64,000 nt of DNA from Trichosphaerium sp. ATCC 40318 (taxonomy: Eukaryota; Protista; Tubulinea), in contig JALMLS010000411.1 of the NCBI GenBank assembly GCA_038496445.1, positions 1-64,000 on the forward strand, read 5' to 3'. The first letter of the stretch is position 1. Every line of letters starts with the position of its first letter. This document shows, one piece after another, positions 1 to 15,776 of this stretch. The translations under genes and the position numbers were made by a program. The notes under the pieces are model-generated. The model was not told the DNA's origin. It did not search any database and was given only the letters and a program-made list of their open reading frames with translations.

Positions 1-1454
1 GCGAGCATTGTTGATTCTTTTGGCGTATCAACCACTGTGAAATCAACGTGCCTGTCTTTCGTGTCAACGTGCCCACCAATGACTATTGACTCTTTGGGAA
101 GTTGTGCCAACATGGCTGATAGTCTTTCCAGGTGTCTATCAGTAACGATACATCCCGTTCGCTGTTGAAAAGTGGTATTAATACTGGAGGTATTGAGACA
201 GAGCTTAAAAAACGTACGCTGGTGCCATTGGGAAACATGGTTGCCACTGACTGCTTTAGTTCAGCGACAAGTTGGTCTTTTACGGAACTGTGAACAAAGA
301 CATGATCAGGAGCCACGCAAGCCTGTCCACTATTCGCCATCTTACCCCTGTGTAGTAATGTTATTTCTACGATGCAAATCGAGGATCAAAATAGCAACAA
401 GTACCACAGTAAGCGTTTTGCAGTCATAGCAATATCAGCATCTTTATGTACAATAGCAGGATTCTTGCCTCCCAATTCTAATATCACAGGCGTCATATGC
501 TGTGCAGCCGCCTTTGGATTAATGTGAACACTTCGTTGCATTCATCCTGAAAACATGCCTTCATGACGATCTTTCCAACATGCAGCGCTCCTGTGAATAT
601 TATTTTATCGAACTTGTGTGCCAGTATCGTTGTGGTTTCCGGGACGCCACCAAGAACACAGCGTATAGTACGCGGATCAGCATATCTTTTGAAAAGTAAG
701 AACACATATAGGACAAAGGGGGTAGCAAGTACCGTTCGTTTGAAAAAAGCGAGTGCAACAGTGCTGAGGTGTGCGTCGAAATCTCGGATGGTTTAATCAA
801 ACACGCATTTCCGGCTGCTATGGCGCCTAACAAAACATCAACTAGCTGTCACTGGGTTGCTATTTATTGTGCCTATCAATGGTCTGATAGTGAGCGTAAG
901 TGGAAAGTTCCATGGAGCTATAATGAGGACAACACCATATGGTTCTTGTTTTAGATATGCCGACGCCATCTAACAAACACGTGTTATGGGCAATGTCTCA
1001 ACTTTGAGTGGCGTCTGGACCTGAATTGTGGATGGTACAGATGCTTTACGGTTTGCACACCATTTCTTAAGGTTCTTACATGCTGTCTTTACTTCTTGTA
1101 CGCACACGTCTATGATACTGTTGCCAAACCCTGCAGGACGCTTTAAATCTTTATAAAAGGCTTCAACGAACTAGTGACATGATTATCAGACGGTAATGAA
1201 GAAAATACCATTCAAACAGGGTTTTGATGCGTAAAATATGTGTTGATCTATCTGACACTGCGATTTTAGTGCTCTAATCGTACCTTTGATCTGTTTTCTG
1301 AGAGTAACGCCTGTAGCTTCAACAATTGCTTCTTTCTGTACGCCACCTAGGTCGTATAACTACTTAACACCTATTGGTAGCATACTGGAAGCGTAATCCG
1401 TGACGAGAAGCCAGTACGCAACGACTGGATGATTTGAGGGATAGCATCGCTCAT
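1..1454 (-). CDS. Aldehyde dehydrogenase, ALDH3/fatty-aldehyde type (multi-exon, 3' end runs off the window)
   Basis: Spliced translation [16 protein letters not shown]...; motifs [58 protein letters not shown] (catalytic Cys). Confidence 0.93.
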
Positions 1455-1650
1455 TGCACGCGGTTTTTAACGTGTTGTACACGAGAAACGCGAATTGACT
1501 TCGGGACGTAAAAAACCCAAAAAAAATTTTGACACGTGCAAATTAGCGTCAAAGGGAAAAAAAGTTACATACAAGACGTCTACAATGTAAAAATACTACA
1601 TTATCACAGGGAAATCAATGAAATAAATTAGCAAAAAAGAGATCGCTGTG

Positions 1651-2117
1651 TTACTTTTTTTCTAGCATGTCTTGCATTGCGTTTCTGAACATTTGTCTAA
1701 TGTCGCTGCGTATTAAATCGATGATAGCCTCTTTACAGAGTTCCCTTACTGCTTGTTGATCTGCTAGTGCGACTCTTTGTGGCCCACGTGATCTTGAAAT
1801 CACTGTAAGCAACGTGTTTTCTTACTTTTCGAGGGTTACATACATGTTTGGAAGAAAACTTGAATCGTCCTGTCTTTTAGAGCCCAGAGTAATAGTTGTC
1901 GTGCGTCCATGTCCCCTGGTTTGTATCGGTGACGCTTTTTGTCGGTCAGGTCGGGAACTTCGCTTGAACATGGACATGTGAGGCTCACTAGGACCACTAC
2001 ATCGATGTGTAAAGTAAGAAAGCGTGAAAGCTGTTTTAGTTCTTTTTTATAAAAAACCGGATTTACATCACTTACAGTATCTGAACAGTTGCTTCCTCTT
2101 TTAAAAATACGTAACAC
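1651..2117 (-). CDS. Hypothetical small protein (start uncertain)
   Basis: ORF 1836-2117 joins via a gtatgt...ttacag intron to an in-frame last exon LISRSRGPQRVALADQQAVRELCKEAIIDLIRSDIRQMFRNAMQDMLEKK*; no recognised family. Confidence 0.35.
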
Positions 2118-2281
2118 TTGTCGTGAAAGCGCACGTTAAAATTGAAACTAGCGCACACAACCGGATAAATTTGTGATAACTTAACTTCAATATTTGTAAA
2201 TTTCAATATGTGGTACCATCCCAAATGGACTCAAGATATAAAAATACAACCAACTTTTACTTAAAAGGAGGGAGGACATAA

Positions 2282-4720
2282 CTATGATCTCCTATCGCCG
2301 TAATTTACAGATATACGCCTGCCGAGGATGTGCACGCCATCCATATTCGCCACTGCTTTGTCTGCTGCGTCTGGGTTACTGAAATCAATAAAACCGCAAC
2401 TAGACAAACCATTCAGTTATTTTGAATAAACGTGACATTTTCTTACCCCTTAAACTCTCCATTGACGACCAAGAAACGAATGTGTTCCACTCTACCGCAC
2501 CAAGAAAAGTTATCTCGCAATATCACTTCTGTAAATTGCTCTGTGAGGCCACCCACGAATATAGTAGTACAAGCGTCATACTTGGGATGTTTATTTGGAG
2601 GTTTACCTAGTGCTTGTCAGTCACCCAAGAATATTGTGTAGAACATGCCTTTTACTGTGGCCTTGTCAGTCGCAAAGGATATGTGCATTGGCTTATCATG
2701 TAATTGATAGCCATTGAGACCAGATAGAGCTGCCGCTGAAGCAGTACCATCGTAAAATTGTACAAACCCAGATCCCATATTTACTAACTCACCTGATTGC
2801 TTTTCTTTTGGCCACCTCACTTGTTTCACTTCACCAAAGTCTGAAAACAAGGCCACGAGATCTTGTGAGGTGACAGTTTTCGCTAAATTGTTGACGTATA
2901 ACGTGTCACGTGATAATCCTGGTCTGTCTAAACGTGTAATGTGAACACATGCTACGTACTCAAAATATAAATAAAGCATACCTGTAGCTAAATAGGTTGT
3001 AGGGTCTGCACTCGGTGGCCCAGTTTGAGGCTGATACTGGGACGATATCGGTGGATTGCCTAATGTTTCTTAGTTTTTAACTATGTGGAGGAAAACTAAC
3101 CATAGTTTGTCCCTGCGCCAGCTGAAGAGAATGTCGGTGGCTGGGCGTATCCAGGTTGAGCTGGTAGATTTTGTAAAGTATTGTTAATAGCTTGTAACAA
3201 AGTCATCTGCATGTACAAGTCAGACTTAGACCTTGTTAACCGATACGCACAGTTTCTGCAGGGATGGAGTTCTGTAAGCCTGTAAATCCTGTGCTGATTG
3301 GCTGAGATGTAAAAGAAGGCGCAGGAGAGGTGTTTGTAGATGGTGCCGACATTGGCGCTACAGGTTATCAGTGTCTCACAACACATAGCTTATCGTACGT
3401 GCGTGGTGGTCTCCCCTGCTTCTTGTTCTTGGTGGATATGCAGAGTTAGCAGTGTCACCATTATAAGGCTGCCTGGTCGATTTTCTAACTTTTGAGCGAT
3501 GTCTGGCAGTGTCATCCCTATCAGAAGCGTTATTGTTATCCTCAATACTTGGTAATTCAGTCTATGCTTACTCATGTCTCTTTGAGTCATATAATGCGCT
3601 AAAGCCAACTGCCTTTGTACTAGATGGCTGAGTATTGTCGAGTTTACGGCGCTTGTATGGCCTATCTTCTCTAATCTCCTCTTTCTGCTAGAGCTCAATC
3701 GCTTAGGTTGTCAGTGGTGACATAGGGACATACCTTAGCAAACTTTACACCAAGGCGAGGAAATGCATGTGCGAGATAATCCAAAGCGGCAGTAGCCTCC
3801 TCTGGTGTTCTAAAATTTGCAAAAGCAAAATCTTTTCTTCCTGTGTTTACCGCTACAATCGCACTTTAATAAAGCCATGAACATTTAATTTTAGTACCTG
3901 TTACGGTGAATGGAGCAAGCATAAACCGAACATCTTCAGCTGGAAAGTTTGAAGGGATACCTTGAATAAATAATTTACAAGAGGCGTTAGAAGGCCTAAA
4001 ATTATACATTACTTTTTTGGAATATGCAGATAATATTATCTATCGTACACGTCCTGAGCCTCTGCTTTTATTGTGATATTTCTACCCATCTCTAAGCCAA
4101 CCTAACATGTGTTAGTTGTAAGAAATATCACAATAAAGAGTGACCTTGCTAAAGTCAACTGAATGTTGCTTGGTTTCTTGCACTATTAAATCTTGAATCA
4201 ACCTTGCAAAGCTCGTCACAGAGGAGGAATACTCCTGCAACCGCTCTCTCATTGCGTTGCCATCCTTTGATAATTTCTTAGATTGCAGTTTCGGGCTACA
4301 TAGGTGTCAACCAACACCATAATTAGACAGATAAGCACCAACCGTAGGTTCTCCAAATACGAGTATAATTTTAAAAATACAGTTTCTAGCGCGTCTGAAC
4401 GTGTGTCTACGCTACTGCCAGCCTCTTGTTGTTCGTGGCTACCTATCACGTGTAAATCGCCACGAGGAGTAACGTTTTCGCTCAACGAGATTCCTCGTTA
4501 CGTACCTAGTGCTTCTTCTGGACCCTCTGGTGTTGATGGCGCCGGATAGTGAACTGCCGCCTTGCTCTGTTGTTGCAATGTGTCACCGACTGATTTTTGC
4601 CGTGTGTCATCGATACTAAATCGTAGTGAGCGTAATGTATGGAGTTTTGGCGATATGACGAATTGTGGTCAAGTAAAACGCTGAATAAAGAAACATTTAC
4701 CCTACTATGGGCAAGGACAT
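2282..4720 (-). CDS. RNA-binding protein with three RRM domains and a low-complexity linker
   Basis: RNP motifs LFIQGIP...DFAFANF, LYVNNL...GSGFVQF, IFVGGL...KGCGFIDF after splicing; TAG stop at 2282-2284. Confidence 0.85.
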
Positions 4721-5128
4721 TATGTATGGTTACTAAGAAGCCCTACAAGCTTAGTAGGTACGACAAATAGAGAGAAGGGTGAAGAAAATGAACTAAAACG
4801 CGACACGAAGATGGTTACGCGACCAATTAACCTCACACATACTACTGTGTGGAAGAAACGGCAAGGAATAAACAAAAAGAATAATTGTACTGAAAATGTT
4901 AAAACAGTTAGCTTTACCTCTTGGCTTGGTGAGCGTAGGTTGTCTTGCTAAAATTATAAAGTGTTTACGCGTATTGACATTTGATAAAACCTCAATGTCC
5001 GGATTGAGCCGGCTGTCGCTAATAGTCAGATAGTCATCTATCCTTCGCTCACGTGGGTAACCTGGAGTATAAAAAACAAGGCGATAGTTGAAGACTGTGT
5101 TTATTGATTCCTTTTGCAGAAATATTGC

Positions 5129-6160
<1,032 letters not shown>

Positions 6161-6618
6161 GCTTGTTAAACGGATTGCTACAATGATTGTGCGCGACTGT
6201 CAACAAAAATGTGCATCCAAAACCACAAACGCCAAGAATTATGCGTATCTCGTGATGTGTAATGCGTTGAACATAGAATAATATCACCCTGTATTTTAAC
6301 GTTTCAAGGGATGTCTAGCATCGGGATTGACGTAAAAGGTTAAAAACCATGAAAGAACGCTCCCTTTCGCTTGTACATTCGCAGTTGTGAATGTGGGAGT
6401 GAGTTATCGATCTTTTCTAGAGCGTTATTTAAATTTTTTTTATCCGTAGTGTACTCCGAAAGAATGATGTAATAGCAACACTAAGCTACCTTTTTGTTGT
6501 TGTATCCGAATAACATGATAACTGACACAGGTGTCTTTTTTTTCACCTTTTTCGAAAAAATCGACCAAAAAATTTTCGTGACGGTTCAAAAGCACGTGAT
6601 AAACTTGTCAAGGCAACG

Positions 6619-9218
6619 ATGGATTTCCTTGCCGAGGTCATTTCAAATACCACAGTAGAAGGGGAGAGCAGTTGCTCCCTTGTAAGTACCATCTAAAAGC
6701 AAGGGTAGTTAGTCACTTTTGTTGAGGAAGGAGATTGGTTGCCATGTTCGAACAACATAATAGCCAACATCTTCTTGATGATATTCTACGGTTATATTTT
6801 GGGGTTTGTACGTCACGTTTTGTTTTTTATGCTTAACACATTCTTACGACTTCAAAAGGGCTCGAAACTTATCGCTGATGGTAGTGAATTGCTATTGGAC
6901 GTATGTTGCAGCTTATCATTTTGACAAACACTAACATTTATAGATATTAAACCCTGGTACGGTATGGGTACGCGTACATTAATTGACGCCAGTACAGGTC
7001 TTATTGGTGGATTCGTGATACCATTTTTGGGTGAGCTAGATGTGCTACTACTTTCTCGCTCTAAATTTTCGTAGGTGCAATGCCAGACGCTATCATTGTC
7101 ATTGTCAGTGGTCTTGGCGCAGCTCATCGTGTCGAGGAAGAAGTAAAAGGTTCGCAAGCATTCACTATCGGCATAACCGCCGAAATGTATTCAACAGTGC
7201 TTTCGTTGTAATTCTTCTCCAAGTGGGCGTCGGCACCTTAGCTGGTAGCACAATCATGCTTCTTACAATAGCCTGGGGAGGTATGTGCTTATTACACAAC
7301 ACAAAACTGACCTGGTCACAAAAGGGAGTGTGTTAATAGGACGATGTGACATAAAGGATGGCGAAGGTATTCTATTTTTTTAATGCAATGAAGGACAAGT
7401 GTTAACCCCCATGTACAGCTGTCGATAAGACCAGAACAAGCAAGTGGTGTACGTGCACTTAATTTGGTATGAATATTGACGTGGAGTTCGTAGCGTTATT
7501 GTCAACAGGCGTTTCTTGTGAGCCTGACATGAAAATACAATCTCGAATCATGCTTGGGACATCTTTGACTTACCTCATTATTCAAGTACGCAGCCACCAC
7601 CTAAATGTCAATATTAATATGTCTCTAGGCAATCGCTTGGGTCTTTACCGACAAATCCCGTAGGATCCAGATAGACCAGCAAGAAGAGTTCGCTTTGGTA
7701 CCCTTTGAACAACCTTGTAAAATGAATCATTTTTAACTTGTAGCGTTTAGGCTGGGTTCATAGTAGCTACCATCCTATTCATTGCCTACAGTATGTTCAT
7801 GGTCCTCAACACAGAACAACAAGAACGTGAGATAGAAAAAGCCCAACAAGTTTTGCTCCACAAGAACGTATGTCGAAATTCAAACCCATGTAGCTTCATA
7901 AATTTGGTTGATCTCATTCACGTGGTAGATTGTAAAAGTGCTTGAAGACGAGATTGAGAAAATTGAAGAAGAGTTCGATGCTAAAAATGAGTCAATGGTC
8001 AGTGGTATCAATTACCTTCACACCAGCGACGAGGAAGCTCAATCGCTAATTTCTGCGTTCCCTCAGCCTGGTGAAGCAAGTCCAAGTGGCATCGATATTG
8101 GGTAAGCCAACAAAACACCTTTAAATCCAAAAAATGATAGTGTTGTCAGTAATCCTATTTTTAAGGACCCTTATCCGAGACCAAAACAGAAAGAACTCAG
8201 GCAGAGATACTCACGTATCCAGTGTACGTCTCATCCACACGTCACGCGAATTTCACAACTTTCCTGCAGGCCGTGTCGAAAATGCGTCGTTTGGTAAAAC
8301 GTCTTGAAGAGAACGAAGAAAGCACCCCAGTAGAGGAAGAGGAAGAGGCTGAGGAAGAAGTTGTTCTAACCAAGCGAGAAATACTGATTCGCAGTCCACT
8401 CATGCTTCTAGGTATTTAAATGAATCGTGTCACCCTTTGCTAACTTTATCCAAGTTGCCACCGTCTTATTATCTGTCTTTGCAGATGGCATGGTACTCTT
8501 AGTTGTTGATTATCCCAGATGTATTCTTACTCTATATGTCTAGGTAAAAGCGATCAGCAACTTTGCAGACGGCGTTGGTATTGATGCTTTTTACATTTCT
8601 TTTGTGGTATGTCCCTCATTAAAACAGTTTGGAAGCGTCTCATTTTATGTGTAGGTCACGCCGTTTGCTTCAAATGCTAGTGAACTTATCGCCAGTTTAA
8701 TCTTTGCCGCTAAAATGAAGAAAAAGAATATGACTATCACGTGCGCACATACTTTACCATTCGTTAAATTAACGTTTCACGAATAGCTTTGGAGCTATTT
8801 ACGGTGCTGCAATTATGGTGAGTTAACTTCCATCAAAGTACCCTTCTTGACACTGTTTTTCTAGAACAACACGCTTGTACTTGGTATTTTCCTTGCATTG
8901 GTTTACTTTAGGTTCGCTGCGATGTTCACAGTCATTAAGAACTTTGAACTCATTTTCTTCATATTAGAAAGATTTTATGGACATTTTCAGCCGAAGTAAT
9001 TACTGTTATTACCATCACATTCATCGTTGGTCTATTGGGTAGTTTTATGACAACCTTCAGGCACGTGTCATGACATGTCAATTGCGATTTTGTTTTATCT
9101 GTTACAAGGGTGTTAACCACTTTCTTAAAGGGCTTACTGGTCACCAATTATACTTTCCCTGTTCCCTCTGTCAATTGCCTTGGTGGCGGTACTCAGAACA
9201 TACGTGGTTTCTACTTGA
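6619..9218 (+). CDS. Na+/Ca2+ exchanger-like protein (NCL/CaCA family)
   Basis: GSKLIADGSELLL, GLIGGFVIPFLGAMPDA, VGVGTLAGSTIMLLT, TPFASNASELIAS, YGAAIMNNTL motifs typical of plant NCL. Confidence 0.85.
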
Positions 9219-9322
9219 ACCAAATAAGTGTTGTGAGAACCACCTCAAATAATAAAACGAAGTTTACAAACAAAATGTGCTGTAACAACGACGTAATCCC
9301 AATAGAAATGTTTATTGGTGGT

Positions 9323-11367
9323 TCATATGGCATCAGGTCTACCAACTACCCTTAGCCTTGGTGCTGCAAAGTTGAGCTCTACATCAGAAAACAGCTTTTT
9401 GAATTGAGAGATCAGGAGTTCGCGGTTATCACCCTCCCTGTCTTCAATTCCTAGTTTCTTGAGATTTGGTAGGCGTCCTAGACGTATGATACTATCGTGC
9501 GACAGCTCGAGGCATGTCAGGTTGAGTACTTTAAGATTAGTCATTGTTGAAATCATTGATGAAAAATCGGTTGGATAGGATTTTCTGCTTTGTAATGATA
9601 ACTCAGTGAGCGATGTAACTTGCGTCAAATGAGAAATGTCTTCTACTGTGCAGTCCTCACTAAGTAAAAATGTTGGTTTTGAACACAACCAGCAAAGAGT
9701 TGTACGTACAGTGTGCAGAATGTGGTGAGCGACACGAGACGTGTGAGTCGAGGTAAACTCGGTAAAGCTGGCTTCAATGACATGCCATTTATCCCTATGA
9801 TTGGTAAGAAAGACGTACAGGTAAGGTATTTGCTGTAACTAGCACTAAAATACAACTAACCTAGTACTTCGAGATTGTACAGCCAAGACAGTTTCTCTAA
9901 ACCAAAATCTACATATGACATTCTCAAATTGCGCAAATTTGTTAACAAGCCCAATCCAGACGCTGTAATCTGTTTGTAGCCGCCACCAACTGCACTCAAC
10001 GCCAATGTATCCAATACTTGCAAATGTTGTAAATAGTCGAGTGATAAACAGTACAACGGATGATGGACATGCACGATTAGTTGCTACGTTCGTCAGTAAC
10101 ATGCAACGTTTTAGAGCAAAAACTGACCTGTATTCGACGTTCAGCGAAACTCTTTAACGAGGCTGCTGAAGTTATGACATATGTACTGTCCTCGTCATAC
10201 GCATGTTCAACTATGGCATCGTTAATAGATCAGGAGATTAAATGATTGCACATACATCGTGGGTACAGACAAAGCCTATTCAATCGCGGTAATCCACTAA
10301 GAAATCCTGTGTGCAAGTTCTGCGTGGTGCCTGTCGAGTCTTAAAGACGCTCACAGTTAGCCTCACGTCAAAACTTTACTGAAGCATTATACGTACTCCA
10401 AAAAAAGCAAAGAGATTCCAATGTAGTTAATCTAGAAAGAGTTCTAACACGATCAAGGCTGAACCAATTGTAAAACCCAAAAATCTTCAATTTAGGCAAT
10501 TGAAGAGCAGTAAAGTCTATCACATCAGACACACGTTGTTGGTGATTCTGACGCGCACTGTAATCAGTGATACGCAATTGAGTAAGATTAGACAAGGCGT
10601 TGATTGACTCAAAACAAGGAGACGAAGGCATGTAGCCCAACAACGCCACTTCTAGCTGAACCAGCTGTGTCAATTGAACTATTTCTTCTGGCCACAACTT
10701 CTTTAGGGATATCAATGATAGATCAAGCCCTATCACGTGACATAAGTGTCTATAGCACAGTATCTAAAAAACTAGGAAAATGTGTCAAATTATACCTCTG
10801 AGTTGAACCATGAGTGGTAAGCTAGGAAGCAGCATCTTGGCGATTGTGTACTCCAAGTCAATCAATGACGCTTTTTTCTTTGATTCCATGTTCATCACGC
10901 CAAAACTGTGCAAAAGGAGCCCATGAGTGCTGATCAGGTGGTTCGTTTTCTGAGTCAAATCACTGACTAAACAGGTGGCGTTGATGACGGTTTTTGATTT
11001 GATGTACTGGGTGCGTGTACGTACCTTCTTTATTACTTTCAAAATCCGTGAATGAGAACGTTACTTGTAGGTGACGCAGGTGCTTGAACCTGAAGTTGGG
11101 TATAACGGTTTTATGGTGTAATTTAATTTTTAAATGTGTAATGTTACTGTCAACTACATTTTGTATCGGTTTACTGATTGCAGAGTAAAATAGAGTTGCT
11201 GTGGACGTTATGTCGCTTAGATAATCGAACAATCGCCAAACCAACTCGTCTGGTAGCATAGAAAAGCAATTTTGATGCGTTATGGCTGTAATGGTAAGCA
11301 TTAACTACAAAAAAATGCTAGTACCTTTGGTACCATCACCAAGAGCGCGCTTATGCGTGCCAGACAT
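9323..11367 (-). CDS. F-box/leucine-rich repeat protein
   Basis: FSMLPDELVWRLFDYL F-box-like N-terminus, then many LxxLxxLxL repeats (LTQVTSLTELSL, LPNLKKLGI). Confidence 0.7.
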
Positions 11368-11612
11368 GATTGCGAGCGTTCGTAGATCAACTAAGGTGAC
11401 TTAAAAAAAAGCCAGTACAAGTCAACTCAGAGACATTTTAAATTCACTTGTACTACTATTTTGTGATGTTCAAAGGGTGTATCAGCCACAAGTTTATTTT
11501 ACAAAAAAATAGGACAATCAAAAAACAGTAGTATCACTGATGGCGTCTTGTCCAAGAGGATTGGTGGCTGATCCATGATTGGGCTTTTAAATGGTCTACG
11601 TTACCAAGATAT

Positions 11613-12576
11613 TTAGATGACTCCCCACTTCTTCTCAAAAGCAAAACAAATCTTGGAACATGCACAAGCAGCACTTAGAGGGTATTTCGAAAAGCATATT
11701 TTTGTGTCAATCCAATCAATGTTTATACTTCCTCTAGCGAACCCACCAACTACAAACACAATATCTCTATCCAAGGTCTGTACGTAATTATCTAGATCAA
11801 TTGGCTCCGAACGACAAGTCGTACCTTAGGGAGTAGCAGGGTAAGTCCTTGAACTTTAAACAAAATAGAAGGTGGAAGTAAACAAAAAAAAAGTGACATA
11901 CCAATCTTTAGGGCGTTGATGCTGAAGTACTGTGTCACTGGATTTTTAATACATCTGAACAACATTTGAGGTCCAGATCCCGGCTTACCATCCGTGCGTT
12001 GTGCTTTGATTTTGAGCTCGTGTAGTAGTTGAACTGTATAAATGAGTAACAGAAATATAATTAACCAAACTTACCCATCAAGCCTGCAAATCTAGGAAAA
12101 GTACGTGGTATGCGCGTCTCAGGGTGGATTGTGATGAGCACGTTTTTACGAGTATGAATATACACTGTCAAGTGACCAGCCTTATTCAATGGGGAGTCCA
12201 TCAATGCGAGGAGACACTGTAGGAACGCATTTGTTAAGTTTCAAGCAGAATAAAATGTGGAATTTGAAGTTCCTACCTGGTGAACTACATCAGGCCTTGC
12301 CTCGTTGACGTCTCTGTCAAAACGCTTCATTACCTATTTGTTCATTAATTTTCTCGTTAAAATAGAGAAAATGAGAAAAACAAGCAAATTGTAGCCTACA
12401 ACGCGTTTAGTACCTTCCTATGCGCAGCTGAATCGCAATTTAACAGCTCAAAACCAGCTTTTGTTTTAACAATCTCCAAACATGCTCCTTCCAGCACTAC
12501 GGTGAGTCTATTGCGTAAGACTGTGTTTGGAACGACTAACAAACGTACTGCCCCTTTTTCTTCTTGTCTTTTTCAT
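11613..12576 (-). CDS. EMG1: rRNA small-subunit methyltransferase NEP1/EMG1
   Basis: [64 protein letters not shown]. Confidence 0.95.
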
Positions 12577-12882
12577 CGCCCGCTGATACTCTTGTAAACG
12601 ACATGTGGTATAGTTACTTGTAAAACAATGGAAAAAAGAGACACGAAATTTGTAATGTCAAAGCAAGTCGTAAATACGAGAGAACAGTAACTCTGTACTG
12701 CGTACTGAGTAAAGGCTACAAACTTACATACCAAGTTGTGGAGAATACGCTCAAAAAAAAAAAATACAAATACAAGTGTGCGTAAATATTGATTTACCAA
12801 TCGCTAGAATTGTACAGCGTGCATCGGGTTTGTTTTGATACAAGTAAAATGTCCATGTGATGAATACGAGCGAGAAAACTTA

Positions 12883-13266
12883 TTACTCTTCGAGTCCTGC
12901 GAGGGCGGCTTGAGTTTCAACGTATCTGTTTACGTCAGGCCACAGTCTCTATAAGAATTATCAGTAAATTAAGGCGTACAAGAGTTAAAGAGTGTTGTAA
13001 CGCATTTAAATTGCTTGCAATTAAAGCGTGGTACGTACGCCACTGTTTAAGCTGAGCCAGAACCACTCAGTTGCGTGCCATCCGGCGGTTTCAATTACCA
13101 TAGCGCCAGCAACAACGAAAAGTACTACACCAGGTGTTTTACGAAGTAATCCTCTGTATAATAAGCTGCTGAATCTGTTTACTCCAATGTTGTTTGCAGG
13201 AGTAACGCTGCCACGATTGAATGGTGGTCGCACATTGTATGGTCTCTTTGGCACTCCTTGGCTCAT
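12883..13266 (-). CDS. QCR9: Cytochrome bc1 complex subunit 9-like, with an N-terminal extension
   Basis: LYRGLLRK...FVVAGAMVIE...WLSLNSGRLWPDV matches the QCR9/UQCR10 pattern (single TM, W..N.GKLW.D). Confidence 0.65.
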
Positions 13267-13448
13267 CTACAGGCGTTTTGAGTAATTTTTATCGTAAGTT
13301 TGTTTGGTGGTTTTTGTGTTAGTCTAGAAAAAATCCAACCTTACCTTGTTTGTATTGTGAGTTTGCTAACAAGTGCGAAGATGTAGAAAGTCAAGCAAAG
13401 TTGTTTGGCTCATATTTTTTGTCATTCCACACAACCGCTTTTATCAAA

Positions 13449-15637
13449 ATGACCGACAGCGCGTCCCAATTCCTCACCTACGTAAATGCGAGCCCTTCTC
13501 CGTTCCACTGCGTGGATAAGACCGTAGAAATGCTCAAATCAAAAGGTTTTAATTACCTGTCAGAACTAGGTGCGCATGCCACTAGTCTACGAGACTTATA
13601 CCTGTAGATGATTGGCAGAACAAAATTGAGCCAGGAAAAAGTTATTACTTTACAAGAAACCAAAGCACTGTCGTTGCGTTTTCTGTGGGTAGCAAGTACG
13701 CGCAAACACGTATCTAAACACCATTTACTAATTTCAGGTACAAACCCGGCAACGGTTTCAACGTCATTGGAGCACACACTGGTACGTACAGCCGCGGCAC
13801 TTTTTACAATGATCAACTGACTTTATGGCACAGATTCTCCTTGCTTGAAGGTACAATTGCAAGTTTTACACGTAGACTCACTGGTTGACAGTTAAAACCA
13901 ATCTCAAAAATCGCCAAACAAGGATACCTACAAGGTAAAGAGCAAAAGCAATTTTGTGGTGTTAACGCTTGTTCAAGTTGGTGTTCAAACATACGGTGGC
14001 GGTTTATGGCATACATGGTTCGATAGAGATTTAACAGTAGCTGGACGTGTTGTTGTAAAAGATGGTGACAAATTCGCTTCAAAGCTTGTCCACGTAAAGA
14101 ACCCTATTCTCCGTGGTGCGCTCCACCTTTTTTCATCAAACCGTCATTTTTATTCTGTTAACCACGTTCTCGTAGTTCCAACTCTTGCAATTCACTTGGA
14201 TAGGTCAGTACGTGATGGTTTCAAGTTCAACGACGAAACTCACTTATTACCTGTGCTTGCCACGTATGTATCAACTGATAGTTAACGTGATGTGTTCTGT
14301 GCCGCTTCTCACTTTAATTTCTAGAACCTTAAACAAAGTCGAAGATGGACAACACCATTCAGAGTTAATGAGGTACAGTTAGATGTCTCCATATAGCTAT
14401 TCCATTACCTAAGTTTTCCTGTAGTATCCTCGCTACAGAGTTAAAGTGCAAAGGTAAATACTTGATGCCATACTCTTGTCAACAGAAAAGTTAACTTATT
14501 TGTGCCTTAGTGGAAGATATATTGGACATGGAACTGTGTCTGTGTGACACTGTAGACGCTTGCTTCGGTGGTGCTCGCAAGGAGTTTATTTTCTCTCCAC
14601 GTCTAGATAATCAAATGTCATGCTTTTGTGCTCTTGAAGGGCTACTTGCCGCCAACACCAAGGACTCTCTGGCTAATGAAGAAAGGGTACCTACCTTATA
14701 CAATGTGTTTACAATGCTTACTCGCCACTAATAGGTTCGTATGGTTGTTATGTTCGATAACGAGGTACGTTTTACACAGCACTACGAAGTGTAGAGTAGT
14801 CTTTCAGACCTGAATCAATTCCTAAGAGATATTCCTTTTAGGAAGTCGGATCTCGTTCAGCTTACGGTGCTATGGGCCCTTCACTTGAAGATGCTCTGTT
14901 ACGTTTGGAAGTAGCTCAAGGAGGATCCACATCTACTGTGCGTTGTCGTTATTAAAACCCGACAATAACCATAGCTTTGTTTTAGTTGAAGTTGAGTCTT
15001 AGACGCTCCATGCTCATTAGTGCTGACATGGCTCACGCAATTCACCCGAACTATGCTTCAAAGCACGAAGGTAATCACCGCCCTAAAATGCACGACGTAC
15101 GGTTTGCTTTTGTAGTACAAATAATGGGTTGATGCTCGTGTAGGGACTAGTCATTAAGTATAATGCAAATCAAAGGTATGCCACTACGGCAGAAACCGCC
15201 TTCTACCTGAAAGAACTTGCGCGCAAACACAACCTCCCTATACAAGAGTTTGTTGTTCGTAATGACTCTGCTTGTGGCAGCACTAGTACGTTACACTCAG
15301 TTTTGAAGCAAATTTGTAGTACACAACATAGAAACTAAAAGTGTGTGACCCTGTTTAAATGTGGCCGTCTTTACTCCAACAAAACTAACAATTGTTTTCT
15401 GTAGTTGGTCCTATCATCTCTTCGAGCACTGGTATTAGAACAATTGATGTTGGTATTGGTCAGTTGAGCATGCACAGCATAAGGCAAGACTAAATGAATG
15501 TTTCCCTCTTTTCGTTTATTATTAACTTACGAGTCAGAGAAATGTGCGGAAGAAAGGATGTAGCAAGCACCATATCACTCTTCACTGCGTTCTTCAACGA
15601 GTTTACCGCATTAGACGCCAAGCTACAAATTGACTAG
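13449..15637 (+). CDS. DNPEP: Aspartyl aminopeptidase (M18)
   Basis: [79 protein letters not shown]. Confidence 0.96.
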
Positions 15638-15776
15638 AAGAGCGATCACGTTTAATTCTTAAAGTTCACGTGGGTTTGTATTGTTCTTGTTCTACATTGG
15701 GGTGACATTAATAAAAGGCTCTTCTTTGCGGATGGGGGACACTACTTAAAAACTGCAAATTGTGTTGTGCACAATC